DNA from: Acidimicrobiia bacterium
GTDB lineage: Bacteria; Actinomycetota; Acidimicrobiia; Spongiisociales; UBA4744
Direction of reading: 5' to 3'
Assembly (NCBI GenBank): GCA_029863625.1
Contig: JAOTUY010000001.1
Coordinates: forward strand, 82,046 to 146,045
DNA length: 64,000 nt
The notes under the pieces were generated by a model that had not been told where the DNA came from, did no database searches, and saw nothing but the letters and a program-made list of their open reading frames with translations. Numbering within the stretch: position 1 is the first letter of the stretch; the number at the start of each line of letters is the position of its first letter. The position numbers were made by a program, and so were the translations under genes. Below are positions 57,692 through 64,000 of this stretch, in pieces.

Positions 57692-58677
57692 GGCTGAATG
57701 TGGGATGCGCCGAACCACGAGTACACCACCGAGGGCAGGGCCGAGTGGAGCCAGCCCGGTACCTGCGCCCCGGCTGGGAGCCGATGCCGCCATTCCTCGA
57801 GGCTGTGCACTCCACGGGAGACGATGCGGGCTGCCACGGCGGCCGGCGGGCGGGACCGGAGCGCGATCTCCACCAGGTTGGGCTCGTTTGCCTGCTCGTC
57901 CGCCTCGATGTCCATCGCGTCGTCGATTGCGCCGATGAACGCGCCGACGCCGAACATCCAACGGAGGTGCCACAGGAAGGTCGCCCGATCGGGAGATTGC
58001 GCCGGGAGCCACGCGGGCAGTCCCAGGACCACGAAGGGGAGCGCCGCTTTACGACGGAGCAAACCCGGCACCGCCAGTACCCCCGGTCGCGTCAGCGCCA
58101 CCTCAGCGGCGTGCATGCGCACCACGGCGTCGTCAAGTAACCGCCGAACCGTCTGGGCGGCGTCGCCGTGGGGGAGATCGTCCACCTCCGAGAAGTACCG
58201 CCTGACGAGCAGCGCCACGGCTCGGCCCGGCGCGAGCAAGTCTCGGGACCGTCGCCGAGGAGCGCCAGCCCAGTGCCCTAACAGGTCGAAAACGTCTTCG
58301 GGGAGCAAGCCGTTCGCTGGGATCCCTGCGTCGAGAAACGCGTCGTAGACCGTGACGATGAGGTTGGCGAGCGCCCCGATGTCGGCGACCCATTGCTCGA
58401 GGTCTGGTGCCAGGCCCAGCGGTGCGATCAAGAAACGGGTGAGGAGCCAGCCGAAGCCCATGATGCGGACAGGGTCGTCCGGACCCAGCGCCGTGGGCAG
58501 GGTGGCCATCGCGTCGAGCCAGGTCCTCGACCCCGCCAGCGGATCCAGGTCCCTCCAGAGACGTGCCCCTTGGCGCGACACGTGCCCGCGCACGTCCTGG
58601 TAGACGTGCGCGGACGGGATCAACTCGCGTGTCATCAGCTCATCCCAGACGAGCCGGCGAACAGTCACCGCAGGCAA
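57688..58677 (-). CDS. All-alpha protein with Asp-rich motifs at class-I terpene-synthase-like spacing (function unknown)
   Basis: VYDAFLD (roughly residue 112) and IDDAMDIEADE (roughly residue 252), about 140 aa apart. 329 aa with no TM. Translationally coupled to the acyltransferase. Confidence 0.5.
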   Translation of the reverse strand: MPAVTVRRLVWDELMTRELIPSAHVYQDVRGHVSRQGARLWRDLDPLAGSRTWLDAMATLPTALGPDDPVRIMGFGWLLTRFLIAPLGLAPDLEQWVADIGALANLIVTVYDAFLDAGIPANGLLPEDVFDLLGHWAGAPRRRSRDLLAPGRAVALLVRRYFSEVDDLPHGDAAQTVRRLLDDAVVRMHAAEVALTRPGVLAVPGLLRRKAALPFVVLGLPAWLPAQSPDRATFLWHLRWMFGVGAFIGAIDDAMDIEADEQANEPNLVEIALRSRPPAAVAARIVSRGVHSLEEWRHRLPAGAQVPGWLHSALPSVVYSWFGASHIQP

Positions 58678-59015
58678 TGGGACACATCCGCAAAGAGGCC
58701 GAGAACGAGATCACGCTCTACAGCGCCGCTCAGTTTCGGCACCTGGGCTGGACCGACCATGCGTCACCCTACCCGCGGCGCCAAGGTGCCGACGTAGGTC
58801 GAGGGTACGGGTCGTCGGCAGAAGGCTCAATTGATTCGTCTGATACGTCCCGATCATAGCCGCCGCCTTCGCTGGTGCTGCCTCCGCTCCGAGCGGCAAC
58901 CGAAAGGGGCCGATGGGCTTGACCGGGATGTCGCCCATGCGTCGACGAGGTGAGCCGTGATGCCGGTGTCACGTGGAGTGGGTGTTGCTTCCGTGCGTGA
59001 CTCCGACTCCGGACA

Positions 59016-59231
59016 CTATGAGAAGACGCTGGCCCCTCCCCACACGGCCAAGATAACTCCGACGGCGCCCAGGAACCAGGCTCGACCCGGCCGGAATTCA
59101 CCTTCCACTCCCCGCGGGCGCTCGCCTCGCCGATTCTTGAAGATGGCCAAGCCGTTGCCTAGGACCATCGCCAGTCCGATGGCCAGCACCACCTCAGGGA
59201 ACAAGCTCTCCAACCCAAAGATGTCATCCAT
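59016..59231 (-). CDS. Small 2-TM membrane protein
   Basis: 71 aa, two hydrophobic helices. No clear Shine-Dalgarno. Confidence 0.35.
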   Translation of the reverse strand: MDDIFGLESLFPEVVLAIGLAMVLGNGLAIFKNRRGERPRGVEGEFRPGRAWFLGAVGVILAVWGGASVFS

Positions 59232-59277
59232 CGGCCGTCACGGTAGCGGGTATGGTTGCTCTCTCGAAAGGAGCTGC

Positions 59278-60084
59278 ATGCCGAGGCACTGCTACGTCCT
59301 TCGTGTCTTCACTCGGGGCGATGAGGGTGGCAACCATTTGGGGGTTGTCACCGACGCCACCAGCCTGACTACCGCATCGATGCAGGCCATCGCCGTCGAT
59401 CTGGGGTTCTCAGAGACCATCTTCCTGGAATGGAGAGAAGGAGAGATCCCGTATGTGCGGATCTTCACGCCGGGAGCCGAACTTCCGTTCGCCGGTCACC
59501 CGCTCGTCGGGATGGCATGGACACTGAAGACCCTCGGCCCGGGTGGTCCCGACACCCTGCGGTGTGAGGCCTTTGAAGTTGCCATCCGCCTCGACGGGGA
59601 ATTGACGGCGATCGAGGTTCCGCTGGGACAGACGGTTCGTCCCGTACCGGAAGCCGCTTCGCTCGCAGCCGCGGTCGGCCTGCCGGAACCGGTGTCGGCC
59701 CGGTGGGTGGACATGCCCTTGCCCTACCTTCTGATCGAAGTCGCCTCGGCGGCAGCCGTTTCGGCGGCTGAACCTGCCTCCGAAGCAGAATTCGCCAGGG
59801 CCGGAGCAGACATGGTCTATTTGTACGCCTTTGCCTCTCCCTCGGTGGTGCAGGCTCGTTTCTTTGCACCCGGTCACGGCGTGTTTGAGGATCCTGCGAC
59901 CGGAAGCGCCGCCGTTGCTCTGTCCGCAGCGCTGCGCGCCGAGGGACGTGCATCAGGCCGCCTCGAGATCCGCCAGGGGTCCGAGATAGGCCATCCATCT
60001 TCCATCAACTTGGAATGGCACGGTGCCCAAGCGAGCATCGGTGGGACGGTCCGAAAGGACGAGGTACGGTGGCTGGATATTTGA
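59278..60084 (+). CDS. PhzF-family (phenazine biosynthesis-like / DAP-epimerase fold) isomerase
   Basis: YVLRVFTRGDEGGNHLGVV N-terminus, roughly 268 aa, AAAGGAG Shine-Dalgarno. Confidence 0.7.
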   Translation: MPRHCYVLRVFTRGDEGGNHLGVVTDATSLTTASMQAIAVDLGFSETIFLEWREGEIPYVRIFTPGAELPFAGHPLVGMAWTLKTLGPGGPDTLRCEAFEVAIRLDGELTAIEVPLGQTVRPVPEAASLAAAVGLPEPVSARWVDMPLPYLLIEVASAAAVSAAEPASEAEFARAGADMVYLYAFASPSVVQARFFAPGHGVFEDPATGSAAVALSAALRAEGRASGRLEIRQGSEIGHPSSINLEWHGAQASIGGTVRKDEVRWLDI

Positions 60085-60088
60085 AGTC

Positions 60089-60881
60089 ATGACGGCTCTG
60101 CGCCTCCCACTTCCCGAACCCGAGGATCCGCTCGGCCTCCGGGTTCAGACAGAAGAAGCAGGGCTTGGTTTCACGTTGGAGGGCTGGAGGCTGCGTGGGG
60201 CCAACGGTGACATGGTTCCGGTGGACGTCTACCTCCCGCCCGAACAGGAGGCTTGGGGTGTAGTCGTGGCGATGCACGGCGCCCGCGGTGACCGCAGAGC
60301 ACCTTACGTGCGCGGTGCCGCCAAGCGATGGTCACGAGACGGTCTCGCCCTTGCTTCAATCGATGCTCCTTACCACGGGGCTCGCTCGCTTGATCAGACT
60401 CCTGACCTGGCCCGCAACGAACCTTTCCTCACGCAGACAGTTGGTGATTTGCGGCGGTTGTGCTCGGCAATAGGTTCCGACCGCAGGTTGGCCGGCCTCC
60501 CACTCGGGTATCTGGGTTTCTCTATGGGAGTCTTGGTTGGCGTTCCCTTCATGGCTGTTGATCAGAGGGTGAGCGCTGGAGTCTTTGCGGTTGGGGGGCG
60601 CTACCGGCACCGGGGCTACCGACCCTGCGACCTATGCCCCGCTCATTGGGGAGCGACCTGTGATGTTGCTCAGCGCCGATCGGGACGAGTTCTTCAACCG
60701 TGCCTCCGTCACCGCCTTGTATGAAGCGTTGGGGGCCTCCACGGAGTTGCTGCAGTTCCCCGGGTCCCACGGAAACTGGCAGCATCCAGGCCGCCGTTAT
60801 CGGTCTATGTTCGACTTCTTCAGGACGCATCTGGGCGGTGCTCAGTGCATGAGTTGCGAGCGAAGCGGCTTCGGTTCTTAG
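60089..60881 (+). pseudogene. alpha/beta-hydrolase (dienelactone-hydrolase-like), frame disrupted at a G6 homopolymer (60593-60598)
   Basis: Nucleophile elbow GFSMG in frame 1 up to ...VFAVGG. The continuation ATGTGATDPATYAPLIGERPVMLLSADRDEFF...FPGSHGNW is in the adjacent frame. One G fewer in the run would restore a single 263-aa ORF. Confidence 0.6.
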
Positions 60882-60892
60882 ACTGACCAACC

Positions 60893-61807
60893 ATGGCTGC
60901 AGAAGGATCAAAGTCGGCGGTTCTCGCCGCTCTCGTCGGTAACTCGCTCATTGCCGTAGCTAAGTTCGTTGCGGCTTTCCTGACCTCAAGCGCGGCAATG
61001 CTCGCCGAGGCTTTCCACTCGGTCGCCGATTCAGGCAATCAGGTGCTGCTGTTGCGCGGCATCAGCGTGTCCCGAACTGCCCCAACGGTCCGCCACCCGT
61101 TCGGGCGTGGCAAGGAGGTCTACTTCTGGAGTCTCTTGGTGGCGGTGATGTTGTTCGTCGCCGGCGGGGTGCTCGCCGTGCAGCGGGGCATCGAGGCACT
61201 TCAGCATCCCCACGAGATCTCGACCTTCGCACCCAACTACATCGTGCTGGGAGTTGCCTTTGTCATCGAGGGGTTTTCGTTCCGGGTGGCGTTCAAGCAC
61301 TTCAACGTTGTCCGGGGCTCGCGGGGAATCTGGCGCAGTATTCGTGAGACCAAAGACAGCGCCCTGCTGGTGGTCCTATTGGAGGACAGCGCAGCAATGC
61401 TGGGTTTGGTTTTCGCAATTATTGGATTAGCCATCGCCCAGGCAACCGGCAATGACCTCTGGGATGGGGTGGCATCCATCGCCATCGGAATCCTGCTGGG
61501 GTTCGTGGCGATGCTGTTGGCCACCGAAACCAAGCAACTGTTGGTCGGCGAGGCGGCCGGTCGTCGTGATCGAGCTGCGTTACGAATGTCGGTGCTGTCG
61601 TTGCCGGAAGTTGAGAGTGTTGGTCGGCTACTTACCATGCATATGGGACCCGAAGAGATCCTGGTCAACCTCGAGGTTGATCTCACCGACGGGCTGACCT
61701 CCAACGAGGTAGAGAGGGTTATCGACACTATCGAGACTGAGATTCGGAAGGTGCTGCCCGGTGCGATGAATATCTTCGTTGAGCTGCAGACCAGAGCCGA
61801 TGGCTGA
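60893..61807 (+). CDS. Cation diffusion facilitator (CDF) family metal efflux transporter
   Basis: LAEAFHSVADSGNQ in TM2 and HxxxD in TM5, plus a C-terminal cytoplasmic domain. Confidence 0.8.
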   Translation: MAAEGSKSAVLAALVGNSLIAVAKFVAAFLTSSAAMLAEAFHSVADSGNQVLLLRGISVSRTAPTVRHPFGRGKEVYFWSLLVAVMLFVAGGVLAVQRGIEALQHPHEISTFAPNYIVLGVAFVIEGFSFRVAFKHFNVVRGSRGIWRSIRETKDSALLVVLLEDSAAMLGLVFAIIGLAIAQATGNDLWDGVASIAIGILLGFVAMLLATETKQLLVGEAAGRRDRAALRMSVLSLPEVESVGRLLTMHMGPEEILVNLEVDLTDGLTSNEVERVIDTIETEIRKVLPGAMNIFVELQTRADG

Positions 61808-62651
61808 GGCGACGGCTCCGGCATCCTCAGCCAACCTGGGTGCTGGATTCGACACGCTGGCACTGGCCCTCGAGTTGCGCTGTACGGTGACGGCCGAACT
61901 CTCGGTCGATTGGCGGGTCGACCACGTGGGCGCGCATTCTCCAGATTCTCTCGCGCAGGATGCCGTTCTGGCCGCAGCCCAGCGCGCAGTCGGTATTGAG
62001 CGTCCCCTGCACCTGACGGTCAGCAGTGAGATTCCGGTAGCTCGCGGACTGGGCTCATCTGCTGCCGCCTACGCAGCCGGAGCACTGGCAGCGTGGCGAG
62101 CTACCGGCATAGAGCCGGTCCCGCGCCGAGTCTTTGATCTGGTTTCAAGTCTCGAAGGTCACGCAGATAACGCGGCGGCGGCTGTCTTCGGCGGGCTCCA
62201 GGCAGTCACCATCTCCGGTGATGCATATCCGTTGGTTCTACATCCCAACCTACTGCCGGTACTGGCAGTTCCCACGGCGGTCCTCTTGACCAGTGACGCA
62301 CGGGCCGCACTGCCCGACTCAGTTTCTCGATACGTGGCGGTCAGGTCGCTCCAGCGAGCAGTTGCCTTGGTCCAGGGCCTCCGGACGGCCGATCGCGCCC
62401 TATTGGCGGCGGCTGCCGGAGACGAGATTCACGAGGAGCCCAGAACGGGGCTCAACCCTCAGGCCGCCGAGTTGATCACCGCAGCCCGTGACGCGGGAGC
62501 CCTGTTTGCCTGTTGGTCGGGGGCGGGCCCATCAGTTTTGGCGTTGAGCGGGGCGGCCCAAAGACCGGAAATCGCTCTCAGCTTGGCATCTGTACTCGAC
62601 AACCGAGGTTCGGTGTTGACCCCGGCCATCGCCGCCAACGGGGTCGAGTAG
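61800..62651 (+). CDS. thrB: Homoserine kinase
   Basis: GHMP motifs SANLGAGFD and PVARGLGSSAA. Confidence 0.8.
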   Translation: MAEATAPASSANLGAGFDTLALALELRCTVTAELSVDWRVDHVGAHSPDSLAQDAVLAAAQRAVGIERPLHLTVSSEIPVARGLGSSAAAYAAGALAAWRATGIEPVPRRVFDLVSSLEGHADNAAAAVFGGLQAVTISGDAYPLVLHPNLLPVLAVPTAVLLTSDARAALPDSVSRYVAVRSLQRAVALVQGLRTADRALLAAAAGDEIHEEPRTGLNPQAAELITAARDAGALFACWSGAGPSVLALSGAAQRPEIALSLASVLDNRGSVLTPAIAANGVE

Positions 62652-62690
62652 CGGGACTCCTTGCGTTCGTTTGGCGAGTAGCGTGATGGG

Positions 62691-63641
62691 ATGGACGCGG
62701 GGGCTGGGTTTGTTGCGAGATCAATAGAACACCACCTAGGGGTTCGGCCCGAACACGTAACGAAGCTGGGGTCAGGTTATGGAGAAGAAGTGTTCGAAGC
62801 CGTGCTTGGTGAGCGCACGGTTCTTTTCAAATCCGATCAAGAAGCCGGCCGTCGCCGGGTGGTCTTAGAAGCGTGGGCGTACCAGCGTGTTAGGGAGCTC
62901 GGGGCCCCGGCGCCACGAGTCCTTGCTACTGACCTTGGGCGAGAAACCTATCCTCGCAACTTCATCATCATCGAAAAGGTCCCCGGTGTTTCGCTTGCCG
63001 ACATCAGCGTTGAGCCGGAGGAACGCTACCGACTCATCCGCGAAGCCGGATGGGCCATTCGTGCTGTGCACGAGATTGGAATTCCCCGATTCGGGCTTCT
63101 CGAGGAAGCAACCTACCTTCGAAATGCTCAGGTGCATGGAGAGTTTGACTCCTGGGTTGACTTTCTGACTGGAGTTCTTGATTTGGCAGTACCTGCTCTT
63201 CGGTCGGGTGGGGCGTTTGACGATGCGAGAGTGGATCGCGTCAACCGAGTCTTTGCCGACCACGCCGACTATTACGACTTGGGCGCCGTCGGCCAGCTTC
63301 TCCACGGTACGTTCGACCCGGCCCATGTGCTGGTCGATAAAGGCCGGATCACCGGCCTCGTCGGGTTCGGCGGCCGTTGCAGCGGAGACCCGGCCTGGGA
63401 CCTGGCCTGGTTTCTGGTGGGCAACGCCGCCGAGACGCGTCATCTGCTTGATGGCTACGAACCTGATAAGCAACGAGCTGCGGACTTCGAGGTGACTATT
63501 CCGCTCTACGGCGGTCTGCGGGCGATACTGGCTGCGCGTCGAGCTGACGATGAGAACCGGCCGGTCGACCGGGACCGCTTGTTGGCTTTTGCCGACGCGT
63601 CGTTTGACGCGCTCGGACATTCGGGTTCTCCTGCTTCGTGA
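62691..63641 (+). CDS. Phosphotransferase enzyme family (APH / choline-kinase-like) protein
   Basis: Brenner motif HGTFDPAHVLVD, and LVGFGGRCSGDPAWDLAW. Confidence 0.7.
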   Translation: MDAGAGFVARSIEHHLGVRPEHVTKLGSGYGEEVFEAVLGERTVLFKSDQEAGRRRVVLEAWAYQRVRELGAPAPRVLATDLGRETYPRNFIIIEKVPGVSLADISVEPEERYRLIREAGWAIRAVHEIGIPRFGLLEEATYLRNAQVHGEFDSWVDFLTGVLDLAVPALRSGGAFDDARVDRVNRVFADHADYYDLGAVGQLLHGTFDPAHVLVDKGRITGLVGFGGRCSGDPAWDLAWFLVGNAAETRHLLDGYEPDKQRAADFEVTIPLYGGLRAILAARRADDENRPVDRDRLLAFADASFDALGHSGSPAS

Positions 63642-63714
63642 CGTATCGCGCGTTTGCGCTTCACCCGGAGAACAGGCAAGCTGTTGGTTCCGAATCCGTC
63701 TATCAGAGGTTTGC

Positions 63715-63807
63715 ATGGGCTCGTTGGTCAAGAAGCGGCGCAAGAAGATGAGCAAGCACAAGTACCGGAAGCGCCTCAAGGCCAACCGGCACAAGCGCAA
63801 GAAGTAG
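63715..63807 (+). CDS. 30S ribosomal protein bS22 (actinobacterial AURKAIP1-like micro-protein)
   Basis: MGSLVKKRRKKMSKHKYRKRLKANRHKRKK matches mycobacterial bS22 MGSVIKKRRKRMSKKKHRK... Confidence 0.7.
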   Translation: MGSLVKKRRKKMSKHKYRKRLKANRHKRKK

Positions 63808-63957
63808 CCGTCGGCTCCTCGAAGCGCCTTTCCGGCGCCGAGTACGCCTGTGCTCACCAGCAGAATCAACAGTCTGCGTGCTGTCTTGCGCCCGTTCGTT
63901 CGCGAATACAGGTTGTCGCCAACACCGACACCGGATCGAAGATCCGATTGCGGGGAG

Positions 63958-64000
63958 CTACTCGACCTCGAGGATCTGTTTGGCCAGATCCAGGTCATCC
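63958..64000 (-). CDS. 3' end of an unidentified minus-strand gene (partial)
   Basis: Reverse frame ...DDLDLAKQILEVE* is open to the window edge. Confidence 0.3.
   Translation of the reverse strand, partial: DDLDLAKQILEVE

Noticed and set aside
57692-58012. 5' extension of the acyltransferase ORF
   Set aside because: Arg-rich. The FabD-like N-terminal motif sits 10 residues after the GTG at 57691, which is coupled to the upstream stop.
62865-63998. 377-aa minus ORF
   Set aside because: Antisense to the APH-like gene and bS22. Arg/Ser-rich with no motifs.
1-64000. CRISPR arrays, transposases, integrases, prophage genes, rRNA
   Set aside because: Scanned for direct-repeat arrays, DDE/tyrosine-recombinase signatures and rRNA-like conserved blocks. 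None seen.

Overview
This 64 kb window is high-GC and looks like an actinobacterial chromosome segment. Evidence: a mycobacterial-type LexA box before dinB, a bS22 micro-protein, ino1, and the conserved rpsF-ssb-rpsR-rplI-dnaB block. I call about 68 protein genes, densely packed, and one tRNA-Gly(CCC). No CRISPR array, transposase or prophage was recognised.

Housekeeping content includes pyrE, nfo, panB, thrB, dcd with a dCMP deaminase, surE, hrpA, dinB, a xylulokinase and a sugar oxidoreductase/epimerase cluster. There are two two-component systems and an ECF sigma / anti-sigma pair.

The most unusual locus is a tightly coupled minus-strand block at about 53.0-58.7 kb. It encodes:
- a fusion of a class-II terpene-cyclase-like domain (QW motifs, degenerate DxDD written DADS) with a cytochrome P450;
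- a Cys-rich HExxH zincin-like protein;
- an unknown 153-aa protein;
- a stand-alone FabD-like acyltransferase with no ACP or KS;
- an all-alpha protein with Asp-rich motifs at class-I terpene-synthase spacing.
The genes are joined by a GTGA overlap and 7-8 nt spacers. I read it as a candidate undescribed biosynthetic or modification system.

Other notable points:
- a bacterial homologue of archaeal cyclic-2,3-diphosphoglycerate synthetase-like P-loop enzymes next to dnaB;
- a perfect TCGAAC-N4-GTTCGA SOS box 16 nt before dinB;
- a 35-bp palindromic operator in front of an SDR gene, followed by a frameshifted TetR gene;
- a G6 homopolymer frameshift in an alpha/beta-hydrolase gene;
- a lipoprotein gene with a perfect Shine-Dalgarno but ACG in place of ATG;
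- a roughly 100-bp intergenic repeat family present twice, and several GC-rich U-less hairpin terminators.

Many long ORFs in the supplied track are Arg/Pro-rich antisense or 5'-extended artefacts of the high GC content. I trimmed them to the starts supported by motifs, Shine-Dalgarno sequences and signal peptides.
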